Positions 27,167 through 40,749 of a DNA stretch of 64,000 bases are shown one piece after another. The notes beneath the pieces were generated by a model, which searched no databases, was not told the DNA's origin, and was given only the letters and a program-made list of their open reading frames with translations. The DNA comes from Raillietiella orientalis (Eukaryota). Made by a program: the position numbers and the translations under genes. The number at the start of each line of letters is the position of its first letter. Within the stretch, counting starts at the first letter, position 1. The stretch is taken from the NCBI GenBank assembly GCA_036172245.1, contig JAYWIR010000005.1, forward strand, positions 4,836,001-4,900,000, given 5' to 3'.

Positions 27167-28560
27167 TTTATTATCAAAAATAATAAGAATGCATTTTTGT
27201 GGTAGAACACTTGGCTCTACCACCTAGGTTGAACTTGCCCCCATTATCGGCACGCAGACCGGCAAGGTCCACTTCGGCAGCGAAGGGGAAGGGAAGACCG
27301 AAAACAAAATAAGTAAACAAAAAATGGAAAGTTTTTAGGGAAAAGGAGGGGAGGAAACCGAGGAAAGGATCACTGCTCGCTGCGAGGCGTCCTCCGCATC
27401 CTGTTCAGGATGCTGGCAAGTTCGCTCCGGGTGCTGTCCACGTGGGGTCATCTCGTGGCGGTCCTCAAAAAGATTCCCGCCCAGTGGATGGCGTTCCTTC
27501 CATTTGGGTCTCTTCTTCCTGCGTTCCAGGCCGTCACTATCCCGCGAAGACAGAAGAGAACTGCAAGGCACGTGGCTGGCGGCGACGTAGCTCGCACGAA
27601 AAAACGCTTAAAAATGTCCCTGGGACCTCCCACCCGAGTTCCACAGATAGGCGCTAGGCGATCATGAAGGGGTCGAAGGACAGTCTAGAAGCAGATTCCC
27701 TATCGCCACACCTGTCACAGTTTGCATCCACAATCCCCCGTGTCTAATGGTGAAGGCGCGCTTTGCATAGGATTCCCCAATGAAAGACCAGCAACGCCAA
27801 CTACTGCCACTTGAAGGAGAGGATGCCACTGTTCCAGCACGCTGGGGTCCCCTTCACCTCCTCCGGAAGGATTGCGAGTAACTCGCCCCAGAGTAGAAGT
27901 CCTTTGGGTGGGACACTCGGAGTCGCGGCGTCCGTGATCTCTCGAGTTGTCCATGCATCCCGAAGTTTCTTTTTTGCTCCAATGGAACACGTCACTTCCC
28001 ACCTTGCTGGGATGGAACTGCCTCTTTTCTTCCCTTAGGGGGACAGCACTGATGCAAGGGGAGTAGGCGAAGCCCACAGCATCTTGCGTGGGTTGCACAC
28101 CGCCTCCTACAGCGACTGACGAGCGTTCCCGACTCGTCGCAGACAGGCATATTCCGCCTCTCTCGAACCGTTGATCTTACCCTATGCGGAAACTGACTCC
28201 TGCAGCAAGGCAGAAAAGTTCGCGGGGAGGCAGGAGATCCAGGTGTTCTCCTCCACCAAGGCAACTATTTTCCGGAGCTGATGGCTATAATGCCCTCAAA
28301 CTCGTTTCGTTGGCCACGAGACAGTCCGTGGCCAACGAAACGAGACTTGCCGAAGGCAGTCCGTCGCTTGGCGAGGAGGCGTTCTGGCGCGCACCAAGGT
28401 CGACGAGGCATCGCTTCAGTGGATGGCGCTGACGCTCCATCCGCCCCAGAGTAAGGAGGCTCAGTCCACCTTCCCTATGCGGGGTTCGTGAGAATGGTAA
28501 GACCTTGCTGATCACAATTTTCCCTATTCTTTTAAGTTGTAGACACACTAACACAAGTGT
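27167..28560 (-). mobile_element. Decayed Tx1/L1-type LINE, C-terminal ORF2 and 3'UTR
   Basis: Minus-strand translation LALLVFHWGILCKARLHH*TRGIVDANCDRCGDRE (27690-27800) resembles the zf-RVT region. It has the shared 3'UTR, a hairpin at 27199-27223 and AATAAA at 27167-27172. Confidence 0.65.
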
Positions 28561-28619
28561 CAGACGAACTACTTCGCTGTTAACATACACATTCAGAGGC
28601 GACATTGAAAAACATTACT

Positions 28620-31100
28620 TCTTATGAGTTTGCGCTTTCCCTATGCATGTACACCAGAGTGTTTGATCTGCAGTTTTCACAGCTTATTAGAATATTTACA
28701 AAAATTTGAGCACTCACTGAAACTGTGCATGGTCTTTCAAAATCTGTGCGCGAATTAACGCTTTACCTCAGTAACTGCTGGAGCATTCATGAAGGAGCGT
28801 TGTCCATAGCAATTTCCCTCTTCAATAGATATTCCACTACTACTTTTGCTTTACTCCTTTTGCTGCTGCCGATCTTCTAACTTCTTATTAAGATCACTGT
28901 CATGAAGAAATGCTAGATACATTCTCGCTAGCGACTTTTAAGTCAGAGTGATGCCCTGTCCTGCTAACAGTCCCCCCAGTATGTTTTTGCCCTTCACCTG
29001 TTAGATTGGTGATACTTCTCACACGTTTCGAGCTGCTGTCCAAAATGCTGCAATGAAAAGTCTGCATTTGAGACTCGGTCCTTCCTCATTCAAGGCAATG
29101 GTAATCTGCTGTATTTTGAGACCAGTGCTCGAGTCTCTGCGCGTATAGTAAACCTGAACGGAAAAAGAGAAACAAATTCTCTGACGCTTCTGGATGCAAT
29201 CTGGTCTTCTACATCAAGGTCTCAATGGCTCCTCGGATATATCCTTCGTGTAAAGTTTCCATCTGAGTTTTTTCAGGGCGTCATCGTTGATGCTTTGCCA
29301 ATCAAATAATCCCTCAGTGTTCTTTCTTTCCACTTTTCTCTATCGATTTTATTTTTCATAGTTCCCTTTTTCTGTGGATGAATCGACCTCTTATGGAAAT
29401 AGAGTTGTACAGGATTAACTGACGTATTGTTCCTGTTAGCTTCAGTTCTTCGACGTCATCTTCACAGCTTGTCCATTCATCTTTTTTCTTGCAACGATTC
29501 CGAATTAGCGTATAATGAGTTGTGAGTTCTTCGTTCCATAGTCCCATGCCTCTTGGGATGACTTTTGAAGGGTATGCCCACAGGATATTCTTCTGCACCA
29601 TCTTGACACTACAGCTGTGAAAAGTCCTTTACTATTATTGTTCACCATCTTTGTATGTTCTCTATGTGAAGCCCGTCCGACTCTTTTGAAAAACGAAGGA
29701 TCTTTTTTATTTGCTGAGTTTCCACGGCGTTTTGCCAACTGCATGCGCAGTCCACCTTGCCTCGTTCTCGATACCTTGATTTCGGTTGTAGGTCGTCGCT
29801 TTCTTTTTTATTTTCTTTTTTTCTTTCGAAAGGCTCGCGAAGTTCGCCACATGTGGAACCCTCGTTGTTTCGTTAAGTAAGAGGCTTGACCCGGCATATT
29901 TCTTGATGTCTCCCTTAAGAGTCTTTTATGCCGTTCATTGCATTGTTTGGTAAAAGAAAAAAAAAAAAAAACTCGTCGCTGGAAACACTGACACGTTTGA
30001 CTGACTCTTCCATCTAGCAACCCTTTTCGTACATTTCAGAATCTTAAATTTCTGTTTATTCATTTTTCATTCTAATCCTGCTCGCATTGCATCTGCTGTT
30101 TGCAGCAGCGCTAGCTGCTCTTGCTCGCCTTCCAAGAAAAATCAGCACATACCAGACATTTGAACTGCTGTTCGCTTACTTACGTGTGTGCCTTACTATT
30201 GCAATCTTGTTCACAATGAGGTTCACAGCTTCCACGTGTATCAAAAAGAGAATTGGACTCGGGGCATCACCGTATTGAGTACCTCCTTGCAGGCAAGAGG
30301 CTCTCAGAGTTCATTCTGTCCACTTGAATGCTAAAACTCGCTTTCCTTATTGACGTGTTACAAAGAATACTTCTTGTTATAATAAAAGTTAGTGATTTCC
30401 ATTTTCTGCAGGATCTTCAATTGCTTTCCATAGTCTACACTGTCATATGCCTTTCCTTCCTTATGTTCGTAAAAATAACTGCAAACTCCTGTATTTTTTG
30501 ACATTCCACTGATGGCCTGCGGGACACTTACATCATCAGCCATTTGCCTGCCAGAGAGTGCACACATTTGCACTCTTGGCACCATCCTGTCCATTATTTT
30601 CTTAAACAATTTGCCCCTAGTCTTGTCGCCTTCTTCAAGCCCATGTTCAGAATAGAGATTGGTCTCCACTGAGTGACCTTAGCTAGGTCACCTCCTTTGA
30701 ATAGCAATCTCACTGTGCTTTGGTAACAAGGCTCTGGCAAGCGTTCTTGTTCTTGGATTCCTTTTGGCAGCTGTTACATTAGCTTGGTATGGGTATCTGC
30801 GTGATGCTGGAAGTGCGGGATCACAAATCCAATAGTGGGGTAGGTACAGACGCAAAATCTTTCCTGAGCTCTTTGAATGCTTCACTTTTTTGATTATCGC
30901 AAGATTCTCAAGTAGAATGTGTTACTGGTGTCTTATGTGTTAACCCTCCTTCGTTTTTGTGTATCTGAGTGGGCTGTCCTGCATTTTTTGTGCAAGTCTT
31001 ATTTCGTAATAGTTTCTGGTAGTGTTGATGAAATATCTTAAATATATCTACTGTTGCATTTTGCGTTGTTCCATTGTCTTAGACTTGGTAGATGCTTTTT
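28620..31100 (-). mobile_element. Decayed non-LTR retrotransposon RT (RTE-like)
   Basis: KAYDSVDYGKQLKILQKMEI (ORF 30358-30669) and GGTQYGDAPSPILFLIHVE (~30230-30290) are RT motifs. KCRL remnant at ~29060. Boundaries approximate. Confidence 0.7.
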
Positions 31101-33714
31101 GCTACATTTTTTTTTTCTCCACTAAGCCGATGTCATCCTTAATGTTTTGATTTATAGCTCTTCTTTCCCATATTGACTGGTATTTGCTTCTTGTGTGATC
31201 CTGAAACCTCATTTTTTTTTTTTTCCTGCATTCCGCCGAGGCCATTTCAACTTATAATTGCACCCCTAAATAGATGGATCGTACTTTTCATGATATCCCA
31301 ATGCTCTACAAGCAACATTTCCGTGTTTTGGACGATTAGTTCTATGCTTTCATAGCACAAGGGATACTTATGGAACTTTCTTACTTATCTTTGCATGTTA
31401 TGATTTGCGTAAGCTTAGGATGCTCTCACAGATAAAACTAATGTGAGAAGACTGCCGTGATACGTACATTGTCAACCTTACTCAGCTCTCATGTAAGACC
31501 TTCCTTTAAGGCAAGCTGTGTTCCACTCTTGTATGAACAAACCGAGGAGTTCCTCATCACAGTGCAGTAAGGTAAACCCGTCCAAGAAAAAAGGGAAAAA
31601 AAGCAGCAAAATGAAAAACATTTCAATAGTACTTTTACTTAGAAAAGACATATTACTGAAATCTTTATCGTGAAAGGGATATCTGGAGACTTTCCCGGAA
31701 CGTAAATAAAATGTCTTACAAAAGATCAATTTTTTGAGAATTGATAATACACGCAAGAAAAATTGAACAATCAGTAAAAACAGTAGATCATTAAACTTGA
31801 ATTTGTGCCTTACTTCAGTAGAATGTCACTTTGCAGTTAATTTTATCGAGAAAAGTGATGGAAAAGAACTCATCTTAAGAGTATACAAGAAAAAAAAACA
31901 GTACTTTCATCAAGAAAAGCTATATTCCCAAATGGACAGAAGAAGAGCTGATTTACGTGTAAACATTCAAAATTTTTCATGGTTACTCGAAAACTTCTTT
32001 GTAAAAGGAAAAGCAACTTTGAATTTGTCGTGGTCAAGGACCAAAGGAATAAAAATATTTGAAAAACCTTTCGGAAATGCAAGTGCAATTTACGAACTAA
32101 ATTGATAGAAGAGCAAAATTCAAGAATCCCATTATGAACACATATAACTTCCCTTATAAAACCAACAAGACTGTATATCATAAATATTTAGCTCTGGAGG
32201 TTTTCTGCTTGCAACAAATTTCAAAGTATTTTTTTTTAACAAGTAGCAATAGATACATGGCATTCATATTCCTTGACAACAACATTCTATCTACCCTTTA
32301 GGAACCAAAAGAAATGCAAATATACTCCCCTCACATCCATTCATCATCATTAAATACTTAAGAAGTCCATTAACAGTCTGTTATTCTTTTTCTTCAGATA
32401 CATCTTGTTCCTGTATGTATTTACATCAGAAGAAAAGCTACCTTCAAAGTTGCTAATTACAGTCCACTCACATTCCACCAGGATGATACTTTCCTTTCAA
32501 CTATACCATTCTTCAGTCTATTCTCAACTAGGAGTTGTCTTCTCATAAGCACCATAATTACACCTCTGTACATCCTCCCATCCTCACAGCACTACCCTTT
32601 CATAAAATGCTCCTCTCTTCATCAGTCCAATCCTTTTCCACTTACACATGGTTCCAGCATTCACTTTCACCATCTCACCCACTAATGGAATTAATCCTTG
32701 TTATAATTCTTACTCTTTCCATTGTTCCTCATCCTTTAAGTTCTCAATTAAAGCCTTCCTATTTCTACACTGAATTCCTCATCCTGAATCATAACCTAGT
32801 TTATATAAAACACCTCTATTTTGAAATGGAAAATTAATAAGGCAACTACTTTTTTTTTTTTAATACTACGATCAGAACATCAATATTTTCGCAAGCTAAT
32901 TCTTAGGTAACACTTAACACTCAACCACAAATACACCTATGCATAATAATGAAACAAAAACAAAACACAACACACAAACATACGCACATCAACTGATTAC
33001 GACGAAATCATAAATAAAAATAAATCACAGATGAAATTCCAACCTTTTTGATTCATCCCCCATAAACAACCATCCACTAATCAACCCTGAAGAAGCAGTG
33101 AATCCATATTCCAATAAAAACAAACATACAAGCAATTATACCAGATCCGTACTTTACATTATAAATCAAAACCACCTCAGCCACATGGGTCGAAAAATCA
33201 CAACGTAAATGATTAACCACTGCGAAATACACCACAACCCACATCAAGATCCTTTCTACCTAACAAAACATCAGCCTATTGTTCTTAATCTCAGCAGTGA
33301 GAAACTTGAAGTCATTTTGTTTCACTGGACATATCAACATTTGTAAATTGCTTTACAGAAATCAGAAACGATATCCTACCTTTAAACTCATCTTTCTTGC
33401 TTAACAGCCATTGTCGGATGTGTTTGAAGAAATAGGATAATGCAAAATCTTTTGTACCTCCGATGTTTGTACATTGGGAGAAATCAGGTTATAGAAAAAT
33501 AAAAAACCACTTTATTTCTCCAAAAATTACAAAGGCATGGCAATGTTTTCTATGACTAGGGAAATATTTAAAGTGGACGGTGTAACTGATAATTGAAAAT
33601 CATTCTTTCAAGTACCTTGCACAGATGTATGGAAACTTGACATCCTTAATACAAGCTATCATGCCTAAAAGATGAAAAGTATACTGATGAAACATTTGTA
33701 GGAAGCTAACCTCT

Positions 33715-36700
33715 TTAGTTTCTTTCTGCTTGTAGATTTAGTTTCTGAAGAATATCCGGACTAAGGCAGGATATATTTGAAGTTGCTTCATACAACTGAT
33801 TTACAAGTTTTTTTGCTTGGACAAAATCCTCTTGCTTTACATAAAGATCAATCATTAACATATAAATGTCTCTTGGTCTAATGATCTCATGAATGTCTGA
33901 AATGTGTAACAATTTTTCACACTGCAATAGATTCTCAGCAGGATCTAGATTTGATCTACTGAATGCAGTAGTAAGCATATCAAATATCATATACACTGTA
34001 CAAACCTTTGAATATTTGCAAAACGTAGTAATAGATCTTTTCTCCTCTGTAACAAGTCCAAAACAATACGATCACTGCATCCTGAACGATTTATTAACTG
34101 GATAGCTTCATGGAGAGTTTCTGAAGCTTTCTGATAGTCATGATATTTATCAACTTTAAATTGGGAGTATGCTTGATAAAATTTTGAGAGATGACTAAAT
34201 GCTTTTGCTTTCGTGTAGAAATTAATAATATGACGAATAAAGCTGCTGTTTTCATATTGATTTAGTTCCTGCAGATAATTTGCTGCCATGATGTAAATAT
34301 CAGCATTGCGTGAGACATTTGCATAGAGGATAATTGTTTTGGTATCTCCAGATTTTAAGATAGATTTCATTGCAGCCAACTAACAAAACAAAACCTTCGT
34401 CTTGGATACTGCATAAAGAATAAATTACCTTGTCCCCAGCTTGTGTGAATTTCTTTGCAGCTAGGTGATAATTTTGTTGCTGGTAAGCACATTCTGCCAC
34501 TTTTCTCAAAATACTGATGCGCTTTTCATTTGACGTATCTTTTGGTAGAGTCAATGCTTCTGCCAGTTCTTCACACAGAGTAACATTATGCAATACGCAT
34601 AATTCTAGAGCATCTTCAAATAATCTGGAGTGAATAAGTAGTTCAACTGCCTGTTGTGAATGTTGTTTGCTAACAAGGTACTCAACACATCTTCGCACTA
34701 AAACGGGATCTGTATTCCAATCTAGCTCTTGTATCAATGTCAGAATTGCTGGCAATCTTTCAGACTGAATGCAGAGATCAATTGCTCGTTTTACCAAGCC
34801 AGCTTTGCAGTATAAAAATATAGCTTTATCCAAATAGGTAGGCCCTTGCTGTTCTAAATAAGCAGCAGCTTCTGCTTGTTCTTTAGCAGGAGAAAGTATT
34901 GCAAAATCAGCCAGCTGTGCAACCATTCCATGTTCTTTGGCAAGATGAACTGCACTGCCGTGCGTTCCTGCCTTACAAAAGAATTCAACTGCTTGTTCCA
35001 CATTTCCTAAGTTTTCAAAATGGCGTGCAAGGTGATGAGAAGCTGCTGCACTAGCACTAGAGTTTGCAACATCAATGGCACCCTGCAGATTATCTTGATA
35101 ACAATAAATACGAACAAGTGACACATAATCTTCAGCCAATTTGTAATACTCCAAAGCTTCATCCATGAAACCTTGAGATTCTTGGAACTGAGCCCACCAC
35201 TGAAAAAGCTCCCTATCTCAGAAAATACACTAAGCATCACCATAATTGCATTGGTTGTTCTCACTTCTCTTTGCAATCTAGAATGAATTTTTTCAAAGTG
35301 ACAAGATCATCTTGCAGCATTCGAGGGACTTCAAATCTATGTGTTCCACTGTGAATGTATGCCTCAATTGCTCCAGCTATATCTCCTAAAGGAAATCAAT
35401 AAATTGTCAGGATATCACTACTGATATACCGCACTCTTCCAGATGCTTTGCATATGCGTAATACGTAGTTTTCAAATGTATACGATCGTTACTGGAAGCA
35501 ACTTCTAATGCTTTCTCCCATTTCCCAGCACACTGATACATGAGATTCAGCAAGTCAAACCGACCACAATCCCTGAAGAGTTTTTCAGCTTCATCCTGAG
35601 ACAAATTATTGCAGAGAAGTTCTCATTTGACCAGAGCGGACAAACCAAAATATCAAGCTGGACAGCTAAAATGCCAACACGGGCATCTAATTCTGGCTCT
35701 TTTTCCGCCTCTCTGAGACATGCTGTGCTGCCAGCATATCCTAAACGCCCTAAACAAATGCGTGCTACATCAAGGCGTTTTTTCTTTATACACATTCGAG
35801 ACAAAGCCTTCCATACTGAATGACTACAAGCTGCATGTTAAAATTAAGAGTTCCACCCACTTGTCAATGAAATGAATAGCTTGAAAAGCTGCATCGAGGT
35901 TTTCAGAAGCAAGAGATACAAAGCAGGTGATCAAAGAAGTTTTGATGTAGGGATCATTCAAAAGTAAATCACCCACAGGAAAAACCTCTTTTCTAGTTAC
36001 TAGATGTTTTGATGAAACTTGTGTTTTATCTTGCTCATTCAACCATAAGTACATATATGGAAAGCAAACTCCCAACAGCATTCCAGTGCAAGATTCTGAT
36101 GGTATGACATCATGCAACAGAAGTCCTAAGTGGGGAGTCACGAAGAGGACCAAAAAAATCACGTTTTTCTAAACAAAGTGCTTCAAGTAAATTCCACCTT
36201 AGAACACATGTATATCTCACTGTTTGTGAAGCAGCCTTAAAAGTGCTGTTATGCCCATCTAGGACAGGGACTTTTTTCGCTTCAATGATGAAAATTGATG
36301 GTTCTTCACAATCCCAATAAAAAGTAAGGGGAAATCTTCCAGATGTACCAGCAGGCAACTTCTTTACTTCCATACTGAAACAAGTAATCAGCAGATGATA
36401 CATTATTTCCAGTTCACCTCTCTTGTGTTACAATGCATCCCAACGATTCTATATGTCCTGAATCCAAATCTAAGCAGGTCATTTTGTCTGAATTTGTATC
36501 CCAGAAATAAACATTACTTCCTGGAAGGAAAGTGGATACGGCCACACAAATGGCAACATATGTCCCTATGCTGTTAACTTTGCAACAGATAACTTCTCCA
36601 AAATCCTTTAAACAGGTAGATAAGAATCGACTGCATCTATACATTTGAATCTCTCTGCATCGCACCATTAAGTAGAAGATACATCATAAAAATAGTTCTG

Positions 36701-39034
36701 ACCTGCTTGAGAGAATCCACAAATGTAGAACTCCAACAACTGATGCATCAACTAAAAAGGACCCACATACATTGAGAAATAAAGGTGCTCCATCAGAATC
36801 ATCATACATTAAAACTTGCTTTAGAAGCCCTTGAAAGGTGCGCACATGGATGTGTCCATTCTCAATGATCATTAACAGTGTTTCAAACATAGCAACAGCC
36901 TCACACTGACAAGGAAAGGAACTTATGGCAGGCATTTGACTGTTGATTTCATATACAGCTAAATTACTTCCATCCCAAATAGCAATATGATTGTCTGTCA
37001 TGCATGCACCGTGAATTTGCAAAGAACTGATAAGCTGCATTGGCTCTTCAGTTGGTTCTCTTTCTAACTGCAATGTTCGGGGTGCTACTTGCACAGCACA
37101 TACATGACCACCAAATGAAATGCTCAGGGAATGCTCTTGAAAAATGTATGCACGATGGCCAATACTTGCAGCCAACAAATTTTTTATGCTTCCCCAGCTT
37201 AAACATGTGAGGCAGCCATCAACATTGGCTGTCTTCTGTAGCTCCCAAATTGTTTTTTCTTCTTTCCAAACAGGCTTCCAAAAGAACAGTTTTCCAAGAT
37301 TAGTGCCAGCAGCAAGAACCTCTAAAACAATGCTGTATCTACCTTCACAGCTTGTATTCACCTTTTCCATTACAGTAAGCCAAAGTAGTGATCCATTCCA
37401 CTAAGGGTACCAAATGAAGATCAATAGTAGTATTCTCAGCAGCATTCCATACCCTGATCACAGAATCACCTGCACTGATAGCCAACTGATCTCTGCATAC
37501 CCACTCCAAGATCACTCTATCACTCTTTGCACTTAATTTGACCTGAATAAATCAGAATGGAACAAAATTATACTACACTGCATACTTTTGCCAATTCATT
37601 GAGTTGACCTTCAGTTGACACAGTAAATTGTTGTAAAAGAGAGGCATCAGTTAGAACCACTAGCAACTGTCTATTATAAAGTAAATGAGCAATTCCGTTA
37701 GCACACTTTCCAACTTCCTTGCATTCACCATTCTTATTAATGAAGTAAATCAAACCTAAAATATATACACACTTTCTGAAGCTCATATTACATATGAACA
37801 TACCATCCTTGGTTCCAAGAAAGATTTTTAAGGATTCTAAACTGGGATTTACTAACATATGCTTAGAACTTGTTTTTGGTCTCCAAGAACTAAAAAGATC
37901 TAAAGTTCTTTCATCTCCTTCAATAGTAAAGGCCCTATTAGAATCACTGTGCAACCAAATCACTGCTGTATGAATTCACTATTTAACTCACTCAGCATGC
38001 AACCCTGGATGACTGAAATCTAGCTGCAACACCAGCTGAGTTAGACACTCTTGCAGCATCACTTGAAATTTAATAGAAAACGAAAACTGGTTCTCAAATT
38101 TCCAACAAATGATTAATCCAGCCTTAATAATATGTGCTGGCGTGATATTAGAAATTTTAAACAAAATCTTACTGTATCAGCAGACACAAGATAGGAACCA
38201 TTAACAGACCATCTTAAATAATTCACATTAGCAGTGTGGACTGAGATGAGCTCTTGCAATTTACGAGATAATGCCCAAATTTGAATGTTGCCATTTTTCC
38301 ATCCAATTGCAAGAAAACTTTGATAAGGATGCCATGCAAGAGAAACAGGCTCCGATGTAGGTTCCAAATAAACCTCTTCATTTTCTGCAAACTGACCCTG
38401 AAATTCTCAAATATATATTTGCCCCTCAATTAGAGTGAACAATAAACATCTTCACAACATGCATACGTGTCTTTCTTAAAGCTTTACTTTATTTGTGAAT
38501 ATTACTGAAGTTTTCGAATCAAAAAGGTCATTGAATTTTTAAGTGCATAATCACTTTAAAAGTAGGATATGATCGAGCTGGACATTTTTCAAATAGTTTC
38601 TTCTTTGAAATGCTTTTAAGCAGTAAGTGTCCATCATATGCAGTGTTTCATGAAATCCTACATAACAGCTGTGAAAATTTGTTCCTTGTTCACAAAGCTC
38701 TTGTAGAACTGGCTTGTAAAAGATCAAAATCCTACTTCCTAGTCACATTTATTCTATGCTTCTTTTAATTAAAATGACACTAAGTGAAACTAAATTTTTG
38801 TAGAAACTAAGCATATATATTTAATATACATTTAGTTTTCACAACTAAGTGTATTCTGAAAAGTAGAAAAACTTAAATAGAAATACTTACTCTGTCATTA
38901 TAAATAAATACTTTTCCAGAGTCCTTCTGTTTGACAGCAGTTGCTAACAAAGGCAAATGTTTATGCAAAGATAATAATCTAAACACTTGATTATTGTGTA
39001 CTTTACTTAATGGAATATCAAAATAAAGAGACAT
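33715..39034 (-). CDS. IFT140: Intraflagellar transport protein 140 (IFT-A subunit; WD40 + TPR), 16 exons, ~1392 aa
   Basis: Manually spliced with GT-AG introns and phases consistent throughout. Exons: 39034-38891, 38397-38173, 38122-37992, 37946-37804, 37755-37586, 37542-37362, 37321-36703, 36654-36418, 36374-36221, 36168-35861, 35823-35646, 35595-35430, 35385-35265, 35212-34429, 34379-34006, 33958-33715 (4179 nt). Starts MSLYFD. Contains IFT140-typical segments [55 protein letters not shown] and YIMAANYLQ. Confidence 0.95.
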
Positions 39035-40749
39035 TTCACTCCATTAAATTTCATGTCTCATATACTTAGTAATTACAATTCATACCAATAACAATTAAAC
39101 ATAATCCTTGAACAGATAACTAAAACAATAATACAAATACAAATTTATAATACAGTTGATGTTAACATACTTTTTTTTCCTGCTTATTTGACTATTTTCA
39201 CAGAACTGAATGTACAGTTTGGATAACAAATTTGAATTAATTATTTCTGAAGACATTCCTAATAAAATTCACAATCATAAGAATGATAACTTTGTGCAAT
39301 TTAATTTTGCTTCTATCAACCAACAGTTTCCTATATTCTGCACAGTTAAACAGTTTTCGGCATCAATCAACTCAAATTGGTTCCTGCTCAATTAGTGTTA
39401 GGGTAAACTCAATACACATTACAAAATAAACAGCATAAAGTTAACTTATTTGGAAAGAAATCAGAATTGTTTCCCTATATTTGTTTCAAATAATATCAAT
39501 AGCGCAATGCCTGATGCAAACAGCTGTTTAAACAGGGTTAAATTGAAACAATGAAAAATTAAGAGGAATTATTTTTAAAAAATAATATGTGTATTTCCAA
39601 TTGATTGGTGATAAAAGCAATGGGAACGTAGGGGCAACCAAATTTCCTGTGGGAACTTCGAAATTTCCAAGAGGAAAAAAACATCTGCTTAAAGCCAAGA
39701 TTGATTAGATTGGTCTATTTTTGGTTTCAAAAACCAGTCAAGTAAAATCATACTGTAAGCAAATCATCGTGTAAATCAGCAATAATGTGTAAGACGATAT
39801 ACGGCTAAAGTTCAATTAAGAGTCCTGGCCTGCAACTTTTAATTTCCCACTCAAAACATTCACAAATATGATACGCAACTGCATGACTCGGAACTGAATC
39901 TTTTGGAAGCATTCATCTGCCTGATTCACTATTGTCTCCATGTTGCGTTATATTTTTCGGATGATTTTTTCAAGCTACTTTTGAGTACATATAATCGGTA
40001 CCTATAGGTAAGGCATCTTAGGTACAAAAGAAACAAGAAAATCCAACAGAACGCGAAGTTCCCAGTTGGAAGCGATTTCGGAAACCTCTGCATTCTGCAA
40101 CAGTGGAGCAAAATACGCTGCTTCGACCTTGGCAACAAGAGTAGTGGTTACAGTAGCTATACAGAGACATCATGTTGCTCAAGCCAATAATGATAATATA
40201 TAAACTGAAAAAACGATCACCATGAAACAGGAAAAAAAATTCTGGTAGTATGTAGTGGCTTGGTATTGGGAGAATTTTAAAGGAAACTTTTAACCTTACT
40301 TCCAAGTGAAACAGCTACAGAGAACCACAGAAAATTCAGAGATAATAATTGTTGTTGCTGTCATTGAAAATAGATATTTCCGAGGGGTACCAACTGTAAT
40401 GTGACTTATCGGTTATCAACGAACAGAAAATTATTTGAAAATTCATCCGCCACAATTGATCTAACTTAATTATACTTTAAAAATAATGTCAAGAGTTACA
40501 AGAGATTTCAAAATGATTGACTGTCTTCGGCAGATTATTGCATACTCTAGCTAGAATACCTTGGGAGCTTTGGGAATTAGACAGCAAACCAATCTAGAAA
40601 AAAAGATCAGTAAAAATGAATGGATGATCGACGAATGATCGACGACACACGCATATAAACTTTACGATATATAACAAACATTTAGTCAATGGTATATTCT
40701 GGAACTATTAGATTAACAATGAAGGTTTGTCTACAAGAATTCAAAACTG

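Noticed and set aside
37440..37460. Apparent frameshift or GT donor within IFT140 exon 6
   Set aside because: Re-reading gives ATC AGG GTA TGG (IRVW), in frame and matching the expected protein.
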